64,000 nucleotides of DNA, taken from the NCBI GenBank assembly GCA_965230925.1, contig OZ246403.1, positions 330,455 through 394,454 of the forward strand, given 5' to 3'. Positions 46,717 to 55,669 of this stretch are shown here, one piece after another (the first letter of the stretch is position 1; the number at the start of each line of letters is the position of its first letter). Source of the stretch: an uncultured Candidatus Saccharibacteria bacterium (GTDB taxonomy: Bacteria; Patescibacteriota; Minisyncoccia; Phycocordibacterales; JACOZG01). The position numbers and the translations under genes were made by a program. The notes below the pieces were generated by a model that saw only the letters and a list, made by a program, of their open reading frames with translations, was not told the origin of the DNA and did not search any database.

Positions 46717-47304
46717 TTAATTTTTCAAAAAAGGCTTTGTCACGGTAATTTCTCCAGCCTTCACCAGCGCCTTAGGTAAATTTTTAAAGGCTTCGCGTAA
46801 TTCTTCGAGTGTACCAGTGGAGCGCAAAGCGGCCGCAGGGTGAAAGAGGGGGTAAATAAAGTATTTGCCAGTGCGAAATAATTTTCCTTGATCGCGACTA
46901 ATCTTGGCTAGGGGCAAAAAGTAATTCATCGAGAAGCGGCCGAGAGGGGCAATTACTTTGGGATCGATCAGATCAATTTGCCTCGCGAGATAAGGCTTAT
47001 ACGCCTCAATTTCTGAGGGCAGTGGATCGCGGTTATCTGGCGGGCGACGCTTTACAATGTTTGTAATATACACATCGGCGCGCTTCCAACCCACTTCCCC
47101 AATTAATTTATCGAGCAGTTGACCCGAACGACCCACGAAAGGCCGCTTGAGCTCATCTTCTCTCTGACCCGGCGCCTCGCCAATGAAGAGCACGGGCGTA
47201 TCAATATTCCCCTCCCCAAACACCAAGTTTGCCTCACACAAAGGCAAGTTCTCATCCGCCGCCATTTCTTGTTCGAGTTTTTTTAATTCTTCGGCCTTAC
47301 TCAT
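46717..47304 (-). CDS. Uracil-DNA glycosylase, family 4-like
   Basis: FIGEAPG, PFVGRSG, YITNIVK.RPPDNRDP, FHPAAALR; most Fe-S cysteines absent. Confidence 0.92.
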   Translation of the reverse strand: MSKAEELKKLEQEMAADENLPLCEANLVFGEGNIDTPVLFIGEAPGQREDELKRPFVGRSGQLLDKLIGEVGWKRADVYITNIVKRRPPDNRDPLPSEIEAYKPYLARQIDLIDPKVIAPLGRFSMNYFLPLAKISRDQGKLFRTGKYFIYPLFHPAAALRSTGTLEELREAFKNLPKALVKAGEITVTKPFLKN

Positions 47305-47497
47305 TCTGAAAAAGCTCTTTGTTCCGACCTTCAATCAATTGTTTAACGGCTTCGGCCTGATCTTTGGCTTCAAAGCCCGCTTCAATAGAAGTTTGGCCTT
47401 CTTTACCAGAACCGGTAAACCATTTCGCACCACTAATAATGAAAGCGATTAGAGCTACAGCGATAAGCAAGGCAATGAGGCCAAAACCACGGTTCAT
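47297..47497 (-). CDS. Small pilin-like membrane protein
   Basis: MNRG-FGLIALLIAVALIA resembles a class III signal peptide without Glu5. Confidence 0.55.
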   Translation of the reverse strand: MNRGFGLIALLIAVALIAFIISGAKWFTGSGKEGQTSIEAGFEAKDQAEAVKQLIEGRNKELFQNE

Positions 47498-48105
47498 ACT
47501 TTAATTCTTGGTCGATAATAGCAATGGATAAAAATGGTGGCCACAATAGCTCCGAGAAGGTTAAAGACTAGGTCGAGAGCGGTGTTGAAATAACCACCCA
47601 CACCCGTCTGACTAAAGAAGGCTACCGCCATAAATTCTAAAACCTCATTGAGCGCGCCGAAGCCCGTACCACCAAGGACGATAAGGAAATATACCACGGA
47701 CCAATTCACCTTCTCGCTCAAGTACGGCCGCAAAAGATGAAAGAACACGAGCGTGGCCACACCGAAGCCAAAGAAGTGAACGAGTTGGTCAAACTTGAAA
47801 ACCAGAGAATCGCCACTACCCCAGAGATGAATGAGGGACAATTTATAGAGCACTGATTCACCAACCCGAAGACCACCACCCGCCATATGAGCAAGACCCC
47901 AAAGCGAGAGTCCGCCAAGAATCACATTATCGAAGCGCGTTCTAGGTAAAGTGAGTAAAAGGAGTACAAAGAAAAAGAGCAGAATCCCAACATACCACAA
48001 GAATTCATAATTCTTGATCGAGAGATAATAGAGCGCGAAAACCGCGATATATAAAAAGTTGAAGGAGGCAATCAGTCTCTGGCCAAAAGTCAGACGCTGG
48101 AGCAT
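47494..48105 (-). CDS. DUF2238-like membrane protein
   Basis: Multi-TM; HMAGG, FDQLVHFFG, NEVLEF, NTALDL. Confidence 0.7.
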   Translation of the reverse strand: MLQRLTFGQRLIASFNFLYIAVFALYYLSIKNYEFLWYVGILLFFFVLLLLTLPRTRFDNVILGGLSLWGLAHMAGGGLRVGESVLYKLSLIHLWGSGDSLVFKFDQLVHFFGFGVATLVFFHLLRPYLSEKVNWSVVYFLIVLGGTGFGALNEVLEFMAVAFFSQTGVGGYFNTALDLVFNLLGAIVATIFIHCYYRPRIKV

Positions 48106-48137
48106 AGGGAAATTATACTAGAGATAGAAGACAAAAA

Positions 48138-48172
48138 GAAAGCACGGGAGGTGAAACACCGCTCGTGCTTTC
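48138..48172 (-). terminator. Intrinsic terminator
   Basis: GAAAGCACGAGCGGTG-TTT-CACCTCCCGTGCTTTC followed by TTTTT. Confidence 0.75.
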
Positions 48173-48361
48173 CGGAGGGGAAAGAAGCCAGAAACTTCTG
48201 GAATTTCCTCCGTATAATATCTTGATGATCAATGTATCTGGAATTCAATTCTGCTCCTAATAATCTGGAAAGTAAACTATCTGAGTGGATAACTAGGGAA
48301 AAGTAGCTCGGCCGCGCTGGGCCGAGCATGCAATTCCTGATTGGGTTAAAACCAACGAGAA

Positions 48362-48631
48362 CTAATCGTGAAAACGCTTCTTATCAGCAGTAGGAGCGCA
48401 GAACAAGTGGTATGTGTTACTGCCAATTGTTATCTGCGGATCAACTTCTGTAACCACGGTCTGACATTCGCGGTTAGCACAAATAACTCGATCCTCAACT
48501 CCAATACTTCTGACCTCTGCTGTTCTCACAACCTCCGCCGATCCTTCCATGATTTCCTCCCTGTTCTTAACCAAGAACCTTACCTTTTTGGCGCCCCTAT
48601 TTTCGGGGCAAGATCCAACCTGGATACTCAT
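48362..48631 (-). CDS. Small putative zinc-binding protein
   Basis: AGGAGG SD; CANREC...YHLFC; hairpin at 48306-48327. Confidence 0.6.
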   Translation of the reverse strand: MSIQVGSCPENRGAKKVRFLVKNREEIMEGSAEVVRTAEVRSIGVEDRVICANRECQTVVTEVDPQITIGSNTYHLFCAPTADKKRFHD

Positions 48632-48669
48632 TTTCCTCCTGCGGCTCTCTAATGTAAAGGTGGATAACT

Positions 48670-50115
48670 TTAACCTTCTTCTGCTTCACCAAATAAACCA
48701 AAGGGGTTAAAGAGCTTAAGCGCTTCTTGGAATGGCATCGCCGCCTCAGGGATAGGCACGACTAGTGGTTCATTAATATTTTCGAATCTTGAAGTAAGAG
48801 TGATGAGTAACTGCTTATCGCTAAGTTGCGTTGCCGTATCGGGCGGCACCAAGCGCAAGCGATATTCCACCTGACGCGCAAGCCCCGCCTCGTCAGCCCA
48901 AACAAAAAGTCCGGTATTATCCATGAAGTACTTATAGGCCTCAATAAAGTCTTCACTCTCAAGATATTGCACGGTCTTCATTAACCCCGCGCTATACTTG
49001 GCTTGAGTTTCGCTCGGTTGCTTATTAAATTCTTCTGCCAGCTTCTTCAAGTAACGCACGCCTGCCTCTCGATCAATCACTAGCTGGTAGCGATACAAAC
49101 GCTCACCAGCCACCTTCTCCATGGTAGGTCGCCCAAGAATCTGGAAAAATTTTTCTTCTAAGGCAAGTTGGGTCATCAGTTCAAAATCTTTCACCCCCTC
49201 CTCTCGACGTTTGGCATATTCTGCTTCTAGCTGAGACAGCTTCTCTCCCCCGCCGAAGAAAGAAATGCTCGAACGACTAGTGGTCGCGGTAAGATCTTCT
49301 GGTGTAACGTGCACCCATTTACCTTTAATTGGCGAAAACAGTGAAAGGAAGAAAAAGCTCGGGAATTTATTTACGATAAAGTAATAATCGTCTGCCACAT
49401 GCCGAGCCTCAAGCTCCGCCTCAAAGTTGAAGTCATCGAAGGTGCCGTTGAAAGTTACTCCCGTTTGCCAATCACTAGAGAGCAAACCGTCGCCTCGCTT
49501 AAAGGATGAGGTGAAAGAAGTGCCGAAGTTTAGATTCTGTGGCGCGAGCCGCAAGAGTTGCCCCAACTCAACGAGAAGCGGTCGCCGACCGGGAGCGCTG
49601 GTAACCTTGGGAACAAAAGGCTTGGCTCCAGGGTCGCGAGGGACCAAGTTGAGATTAACATTCACAACTTGCTTGGCCGTCTGAATAGACTTAAAACCAG
49701 CGGCAATCTTGGGGACAATATTTTCTTCCGTATAGGGTGCCTGGCCAAAAGGCGGCATCCCCTGGAAATAGGCATAGGCTAAATACCCACCACCGAGCAA
49801 AACAATAACAAGCAAAATAAGTCCGAAAATCAAGCCACCTCGGTGAGGACGGAGTGAGATAACGGGCGGAGTAGAAAAGTTGGGACTTGGCTTGACTTCA
49901 GCCGGAGCCACAGAAGGCGCGGCAGCGGGACTAGGGGTAAAGGGACTCGAGGGAGCCTCGCGCCAAGAACCGGCGCGGAAAAAAGCCGTCGCAAGGGGTA
50001 AATCAATTTCAGCGATCCCAGCCGAGAGCAGAGCCTGACGCAATTCATCGTCGCTAGTCTCAAGCGTTAAAGCATTGGAGCGAAAAAAGTTAGCAAGATA
50101 ACCAGTATCAACCAT
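48670..50115 (-). CDS. Membrane-anchored hypothetical protein
   Basis: Pro-rich linker, single TM, large beta-rich domain ending NINEPLVVPIP. Confidence 0.7.
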   Translation of the reverse strand: MVDTGYLANFFRSNALTLETSDDELRQALLSAGIAEIDLPLATAFFRAGSWREAPSSPFTPSPAAAPSVAPAEVKPSPNFSTPPVISLRPHRGGLIFGLILLVIVLLGGGYLAYAYFQGMPPFGQAPYTEENIVPKIAAGFKSIQTAKQVVNVNLNLVPRDPGAKPFVPKVTSAPGRRPLLVELGQLLRLAPQNLNFGTSFTSSFKRGDGLLSSDWQTGVTFNGTFDDFNFEAELEARHVADDYYFIVNKFPSFFFLSLFSPIKGKWVHVTPEDLTATTSRSSISFFGGGEKLSQLEAEYAKRREEGVKDFELMTQLALEEKFFQILGRPTMEKVAGERLYRYQLVIDREAGVRYLKKLAEEFNKQPSETQAKYSAGLMKTVQYLESEDFIEAYKYFMDNTGLFVWADEAGLARQVEYRLRLVPPDTATQLSDKQLLITLTSRFENINEPLVVPIPEAAMPFQEALKLFNPFGLFGEAEEG

Positions 50116-50170
50116 AATTCGTACTCACTAGTGTAGCAACAATTCCCGCAAAAGTTTTCCCCAGAAAATT

Positions 50171-50710
50171 TTATGACTCAAACGCCGACAGCTCCATTTC
50201 CATCTCTGGAATATATGCCCCACTTTTCATTCTGTGGCGCTCTTCAGTAAACCTTTTACCATTATCGACAAATCCAAGTTTCTGATAGAAATTAATCGCC
50301 TTAGAGTTGTAGGTTGCCACATGCACAATTGTTTTCTTGGTCGTATCAATTAATTTCTGCGCCTCCAACCACAACCGAGTCCCTAGACCCTGTCTCTGAT
50401 ATTCAGGCAAAAGATAAATTGCCCGCAGTTGATTGTAGCCATCATACTTTTTTACCCTGCAAGCGCCGACAATTTTTTCCCCATCCTTGGCAATCAGGTG
50501 ACCAGTTCTGGCTTCGATATTGGTAATGCTTTTAATATACTTGGCTAACTTTTCTTCAGTTAAAACAGTCTTAAAACGCTCTTCAATATTTTCTCGAGTA
50601 ATGCCATACTCCTCATTCGGATATGTGTCGAGCCACGACAATTTAATCATTTCCATTAATCCCAAAGCGTCTTGGGGCTCAGCAAAACTAATTTTTATTT
50701 CTTGAACCAT
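50171..50710 (-). CDS. GNAT acetyltransferase
   Basis: YLLPEYQRQGLGTRL, NSKAINFYQKLGF. Confidence 0.9.
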   Translation of the reverse strand: MVQEIKISFAEPQDALGLMEMIKLSWLDTYPNEEYGITRENIEERFKTVLTEEKLAKYIKSITNIEARTGHLIAKDGEKIVGACRVKKYDGYNQLRAIYLLPEYQRQGLGTRLWLEAQKLIDTTKKTIVHVATYNSKAINFYQKLGFVDNGKRFTEERHRMKSGAYIPEMEMELSAFES

Positions 50711-50714
50711 GGTC

Positions 50715-51038
50715 TTAATACCGATCTTTGTCGCGGGAAGAGACTTTGTCTAAACTTTTGCGAATAGCACGATCGAGGTCGAGGTTCTGAGAATTCGCGA
50801 GAGAAATGAGCGTATAGAGAATGTCTCCCACCTCGTCCTCCAGATCTTGCTCGACCTCGGTACTCTTTTTCTTCTTCGGGCCAAATTGATGATTCACCAG
50901 CCGCGCCAGTTCCCCCGCTTCTTCCATCAGGCGAACCAAAATTTCATGCGGCGTCCAATAAGCCCAACCTTTCTCCTTAAACCACCGCGCCATTTCTTCT
51001 TGATACTGCTTCATGATTTTTTCGGTTGTTGTTGCCAC
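50715..51038 (-). CDS. MazG-like nucleotide pyrophosphohydrolase (YpjD-like)
   Basis: RLMEEAGELAR, GPKKKK, EDEVGDIL, RDKDRY. Confidence 0.88.
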   Translation of the reverse strand: MATTTEKIMKQYQEEMARWFKEKGWAYWTPHEILVRLMEEAGELARLVNHQFGPKKKKSTEVEQDLEDEVGDILYTLISLANSQNLDLDRAIRKSLDKVSSRDKDRY

Positions 51039-51526
51039 CGTTCTAAAATACTCGACTCGTCAATATCCGTACGACCAAACTTTTTAGCCTGTTCTTTCAT
51101 CCGCGGGATCAGAAATTCCGGCGTTTGCCACTCAATCGTACTTTTGTTTTCAATATCTTCATTTCCCCTTCTCGCAAGATCTTGATCAAGTAAGCGCACG
51201 AGAAAGTAGAGCGTGGTCTTCTCTATCTCCACATTGCGATGTTTGAAGTGACTTTGAATTGAGCCAAGATAATCAACAATTTCTCCCGTCGCCCCAAACT
51301 CTTCTTGCAAACCTCGATGAAGCGTGGCCTCCAAACTCTCTCCCGGCTCTACCGTCTCGCGCATCAAGATAAAAAAATCATCAATTCCCTCCTCGGACCA
51401 ATAACCCTTAAGATCCTTGGTAAGAAAATGATGCGCGCACACTTCCCCATTCTTGTTCACCAACACCGCCCCCACCGACACATGCTGCGGGTGTAAATAA
51501 TTCCCTTGAAAATAGGTTGGTTTCAT
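51011..51526 (-). CDS. NUDIX-like hydrolase
   Basis: SVGAVL, variant Nudix box ETVEPGESLEATLHRGLQEEFG. Confidence 0.8.
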   Translation of the reverse strand: MKPTYFQGNYLHPQHVSVGAVLVNKNGEVCAHHFLTKDLKGYWSEEGIDDFFILMRETVEPGESLEATLHRGLQEEFGATGEIVDYLGSIQSHFKHRNVEIEKTTLYFLVRLLDQDLARRGNEDIENKSTIEWQTPEFLIPRMKEQAKKFGRTDIDESSILERWQQQPKKS

Positions 51527-51616
51527 AAGTCCAGCTTACTCTTGATTACAAAAATTTTCAAAGAAAAAGCCCCAAATGCGGGGCTTATGAGGACTTCGTT
51601 GACTTGACCGAGAAGC

Positions 51617-51958
51617 TTAGGCTGGTTCGGCCACTGTTTCGACTTTACGGAAAAAGGCAAAGACCGCGGCGTTGAACATCACACTGTCGAAGCTCATGGG
51701 AACCTCGAAAATGTTTTCTTGTCCGACCACCAAAACTTCTCCTTGGTCTCCTATTGGTCGAATGAACAGATAATGCCTATCATAGCGACACTGACAACTC
51801 GCAAAGTAATTTGACCTGTCGAAAACAACAAGGTCGGCCTCTTTGGCATTACTGATATGCCAGGAAGACCCGGGGTCAGTAAGTATTTCTGTTTGACTCA
51901 GACACTGTCTAAACAGCCTCCTCGCTTCTTCATTTGCCATGTCGATGAACAGGTTCAT
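51617..51958 (-). CDS. Hypothetical protein
   Basis: GGAGG SD; terminator at 51567-51586. Confidence 0.55.
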   Translation of the reverse strand: MNLFIDMANEEARRLFRQCLSQTEILTDPGSSWHISNAKEADLVVFDRSNYFASCQCRYDRHYLFIRPIGDQGEVLVVGQENIFEVPMSFDSVMFNAAVFAFFRKVETVAEPA

Positions 51959-52032
51959 GTGTTTCTTCCTCCGTAAACAAAGGCCATCGGAACAATTTCA
52001 GATTTGAATATTACCGCAAAAACTTTTACTGT

Positions 52033-52905
52033 CTAGGGAATCATCGCCTCAATTTGTTCTCGGTTTTTGAGCACCCACTTCACTCTCTCCCAACGCTTGG
52101 CTGTATCGCCGTAAATAATATACATCAGGGCAAAAAAGAGACTCGCAGAAAACAGGGTTTGTTTTTCTTCTTTGCTTATTCCCCGCCTCATCAAGTAACT
52201 TTCATAGAAAGCCCGAGACAACTCTGGTTTCAATTCTAAATCTTCCGTCGTGAACTGCGAAAGCAAGGGGTAACCCAAATCAAGCACCGTCGGTCCAACA
52301 CCCACATCATCCCAATCAATAAGAACCAAAGAACCGTCAGTTCTCTCCACCGTATTTCTCGGAGCAATCTCGGTGTGAATAAGGGCTTGGGGAGAAACAC
52401 TAAAGTCAGGCAAAGTCGCAGCGATTTTCAAATATTCTTCACCAAAAGCTAATTTTTTGGCATTCTCGGGAAAATTGGTAGCAATAATTACTTTAGGATC
52501 AAAGTCAGTTTTGTATGGATAATTTTTTACTGAATGTAACTCAGCCACAATCGCACCGAGCTTCTGATAGGTTTCGACGGTCGCTTCTGGATTCTTCCCC
52601 TCAACGTATTCCATGAGATAGACAAACCGACCATCTATTTCTGCAAACTTTTTCCCCTCTTTGGTCGGCAAAAGTTTGGGAATGTGTGAAAAATTTTGCT
52701 CATTCAGAAAGTCAAAAACCACGGTGTCTTTCTCCAGCGCTTCCGCGTTTTTCCACGGGCTCGCCACCTTGGCCACCAATTTTCCCCTATCGGAATTGAG
52801 AAGAACCACCAAGCGATCGGTGTTTTCTTGCAACACCTTTTCTTGGGTTACATTTCCCAGATCCCAAACTTCTTCTATCTTCTTTAAGTCGAAAGAGTAA
52901 CTCAC
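52033..52905 (-). CDS. APH/homoserine kinase type II-like phosphotransferase
   Basis: LMEYVEG, AELH, IHTEIAPRN, LIDWDD, LDLG. Confidence 0.82.
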   Translation of the reverse strand: MSYSFDLKKIEEVWDLGNVTQEKVLQENTDRLVVLLNSDRGKLVAKVASPWKNAEALEKDTVVFDFLNEQNFSHIPKLLPTKEGKKFAEIDGRFVYLMEYVEGKNPEATVETYQKLGAIVAELHSVKNYPYKTDFDPKVIIATNFPENAKKLAFGEEYLKIAATLPDFSVSPQALIHTEIAPRNTVERTDGSLVLIDWDDVGVGPTVLDLGYPLLSQFTTEDLELKPELSRAFYESYLMRRGISKEEKQTLFSASLFFALMYIIYGDTAKRWERVKWVLKNREQIEAMIP

Positions 52906-52907
52906 AA

Positions 52908-53489
52908 CTAATTCCCCAAATGTTTGTAGGCTTGCATGCCGAGAATGCCGCCGATCACCGGGCCAAGCACATACATGAGACCGAAGGAGTGGAGCGAGAA
53001 GGCCACGGCCGGATTCAAGATTCCGCTCGCACCAAGCAAGGTGGAGAAAGTAACTCCGAGAAGTAAAGAACCTCCAACCACGAGGCCAGAAGCGGCGTGC
53101 TGGGTTTTGCCATAGATCACGGAAGCGATACCGAAGGTGAGAAAGAAGGTTCCGAGAAGTTCGGCAAGGCCGATAAGCGTTGATTCACCAATACTCATGG
53201 CGGGAACTTCTACTAATTGGGAGACGAGAAGCAAGGCAATTGAGGCGCCGATAAATTGCGAGACGATGTAACTCACCGCCTCCGTTGGCGAGATCTTCTT
53301 AATAGACCAAGCCCCAATCGTTACCGCCGGGTTAAAGTGCGCTCCCGACACATGGGCCGTGGTGTAGACAAAAAGTCCTACTACTAAGGCCGCCAAAACC
53401 GGCGTCATGACGGGAAAACTCACCCCCGCGAGTCCCACAGCTAAAGCCAGCGAAAACGTCCCCAACGCTTCGACAATGTATTTTTTCAT
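52908..53489 (-). CDS. Aquaporin (MIP family)
   Basis: SGAHFNPAVT and second LNPA motif. Confidence 0.92.
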   Translation of the reverse strand: MKKYIVEALGTFSLALAVGLAGVSFPVMTPVLAALVVGLFVYTTAHVSGAHFNPAVTIGAWSIKKISPTEAVSYIVSQFIGASIALLLVSQLVEVPAMSIGESTLIGLAELLGTFFLTFGIASVIYGKTQHAASGLVVGGSLLLGVTFSTLLGASGILNPAVAFSLHSFGLMYVLGPVIGGILGMQAYKHLGN

Positions 53490-53529
53490 AGGTTAACTAT
53501 AGCAAAACCTCTAACTTCAGCCACTTAAA

Positions 53530-53751
53530 CTAATTCCCCATCAACCAACCAAAACAGAGGCTTTTGCCTGGTGCGTCGGCGGCAACCTCCATCGCATTGG
53601 TGAGGTGGCCATAGCCAAGGCACTTCTTGGCTGTCTCGTTAAACTGCCCCATCCCTTCCTCGGTCACAAAGCCGGGCGAAGAAACATACGGCTTCGGCCA
53701 GAAAAACCCAACCACCACAACGATCACAATCAAAACAATAATTTTTTTCAT
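53530..53751 (-). CDS. Small membrane-anchored protein with a Cys pair
   Basis: MKKIIVL TM, CLG...LCFG; TGTTATAAT 6 nt before ATG. Confidence 0.6.
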   Translation of the reverse strand: MKKIIVLIVIVVVVGFFWPKPYVSSPGFVTEEGMGQFNETAKKCLGYGHLTNAMEVAADAPGKSLCFGWLMGN

Positions 53752-53767
53752 GCGGGTATTATAACAA

Positions 53768-54499
53768 TTATTGGAGCCTGACAATTTCCTTCTTGAGTTC
53801 TATAACCTCAATTGGACAACCTTCCCAATCATGTTCCCAACAAATAATAACATCACAACCAGTAAGTGGGTGCTTGTGCGCAAGATAATTACTAGACCGA
53901 AACTCAAATTCACCCAGACACTGACTAAATGTCCCTTTGTGGTTTTTTCTTCGTAGTAATGCATCAGGAAATTTTGAACGAACACCGAGTAATTCGAAAC
54001 CGAGGTCAACAAGCATGGCAATAAATAAAGTAATGACACCTTGTTCATTAGTGGGGGCAAAAACGATGCCACGAAAATTAATCGTTTCCCCTGTCTCATG
54101 TGGTCGACTCAATTGAACGAAAGCCTCTTCTGGATCATTTTCTGTTTCGGCAACAACCGAATCTACACCTTCAAAAGGCGCCTTGCCATCATCCGGATCT
54201 TTCCCTGTTAGATCATACTCTTCCAACCGCTTCTCGCCGGCGGGCAAAATTTTCCAAACACCCTTAACAGAGCCGTCCAACTGTTCTTTGTGCTTTAGAT
54301 ATTCTCTCGCCCACCTGGTTTTGTTTTTCCAAACAAGTTCCGCGTTCTTATACACGCTAAGCTCCTCAGGATGATTAATGAAACGAGATTTCATTTGATC
54401 CTCAACGAGAGGATAAACATCTTTTACCTGAGCAGAGCCGCCCAATTGTTTGAGCGATTTCAACACCGGAATTTCATAATCAAAAAAGGGAATTGCCAT
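53768..54499 (-). CDS. Mrr N-terminal winged helix fused to a PD-(D/E)xK-like nuclease
   Basis: VLKSLKQLGGSA..WKNKTRWAREYLK..GVWKI..G (Mrr_N); NEQGVI..FPDAL..EFE..CDVIICWEHDW. Confidence 0.75.
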   Translation of the reverse strand: MAIPFFDYEIPVLKSLKQLGGSAQVKDVYPLVEDQMKSRFINHPEELSVYKNAELVWKNKTRWAREYLKHKEQLDGSVKGVWKILPAGEKRLEEYDLTGKDPDDGKAPFEGVDSVVAETENDPEEAFVQLSRPHETGETINFRGIVFAPTNEQGVITLFIAMLVDLGFELLGVRSKFPDALLRRKNHKGTFSQCLGEFEFRSSNYLAHKHPLTGCDVIICWEHDWEGCPIEVIELKKEIVRLQ

Positions 54500-54524
54500 A
54501 ATCTTTGTTTTACTCGTTTGATAC

Positions 54525-54599
54525 TGGGGTGTCTATCGGGTTCTGCCCCCGAGCTGCGGCTTCCACAGAGCCGAGTGCTACTGCTACACCATAGACACC
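54525..54599 (-). tRNA. tRNA-His(GUG) with encoded G-1 and CCA
   Basis: Acceptor GTGTCTA/TAGACAC, anticodon arm CGGCT-CTGTGGA-AGCCG, T-stem TCGGG/CCCGA, C73, CCA. Confidence 0.92.
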
Positions 54600-54607
54600 A
54601 TCAAGGC

Positions 54608-55147
54608 CTAGTTGTAGCTAGGCACTTCCTCAGTTATACCAGACTTATGATTCATCAGTCTAGCAAGCGCGTAGAGAAGTGAAGAGAGACGGTTGAGATA
54701 CGCGAGAGAAAATTCCCCGATACGGCGATTGCCGAGCGGACCGCTTTCTTCCGCCACAGCTACTACTCGCCGCTCGGCTCGTCTTGCCACCGTTCGCGCA
54801 TAATCAAACATCGCCGAGAGTTCATCACCACCCGGGACGAAAAAGGATTTGATCGGCGGTAATTCTTTCTCGATGTCATCCACGATTTTCTCAACTTCTT
54901 TCACCTTGCTTTCGGCAATAGTTTTCGGCGCACCAGCGAGCTCTGCTTGGATAATAAAGAGGTTTTGCTGAACTGTATTGAGAATTTCTTTCTCTGCTTG
55001 GGCTGACTTTGACTTCACGAAGCCAAGCAAAGAATTGATTTCGTCGAGCGAGCCGAGAGCCTCCGCGGTGGCGGAACTTTTAGAGATTCTTTGATCGCAG
55101 GCGAATAATTTAGTTGTTCCCCCGTCGCCTTTGCGGGTATAGAGCAT
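54608..55147 (-). CDS. PduO-type cob(I)alamin adenosyltransferase
   Basis: YTRKGDGGTT, GSLDEINS, ARTVARRAER, YLNRLSSLLY. Confidence 0.92.
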   Translation of the reverse strand: MLYTRKGDGGTTKLFACDQRISKSSATAEALGSLDEINSLLGFVKSKSAQAEKEILNTVQQNLFIIQAELAGAPKTIAESKVKEVEKIVDDIEKELPPIKSFFVPGGDELSAMFDYARTVARRAERRVVAVAEESGPLGNRRIGEFSLAYLNRLSSLLYALARLMNHKSGITEEVPSYN

Positions 55148-55633
55148 TTAGCGGGTCACTTCGATTGGTGTCACGCTTTCGGCATCACAAGATCCAACTG
55201 TGACAGAACCATTGGTGTTCTTCATAAGGTAATACCCCGTGCGAGAGGTGGTCCAAGTGCCAGAACCATTAGGATTCACTGGAACTCTCCCAAGATACCC
55301 TTCGGTTATCAAACCACTGAGGTTAACGCAGGCAGAAGTTGAAGTAGCATAGGAACAATTGGTATTACAATTCGTATTAGTTGTATCTCCACTGATCTGA
55401 TAGGTCGTACTCGCAAAAGCGCTAGTAATAGAAGTGAGATACGACCCCCGATTATCCACTTGATCAACCTTAATTGCCGAGAGGATAGCCGTTACATCAG
55501 TGATCCGAGCCGCGTCACGCGCGTCACGGAAGCGCGAGAGTGGATCAAGAGAAACAAACACCACGCCGGCCAAGATAGCAATTACGGCGATCACGATGAG
55601 TAATTCGATGAGAGTAAAACCCTTATTTTTCAT
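55148..55633 (-). CDS. Type IV pilin
   Basis: KG-FTLIELLIVIAVIAILAG; RDAARITD; cysteines in head domain. Confidence 0.9.
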   Translation of the reverse strand: MKNKGFTLIELLIVIAVIAILAGVVFVSLDPLSRFRDARDAARITDVTAILSAIKVDQVDNRGSYLTSITSAFASTTYQISGDTTNTNCNTNCSYATSTSACVNLSGLITEGYLGRVPVNPNGSGTWTTSRTGYYLMKNTNGSVTVGSCDAESVTPIEVTR

Positions 55634-55669
55634 AAAAATTTAGTGGTCAGTGATAATGAGTGATTATAC

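Noticed and set aside
46400-54525. Prophage or integrative element at tRNA-His
   Set aside because: No integrase or phage gene, and I found no duplicated tRNA 3' end
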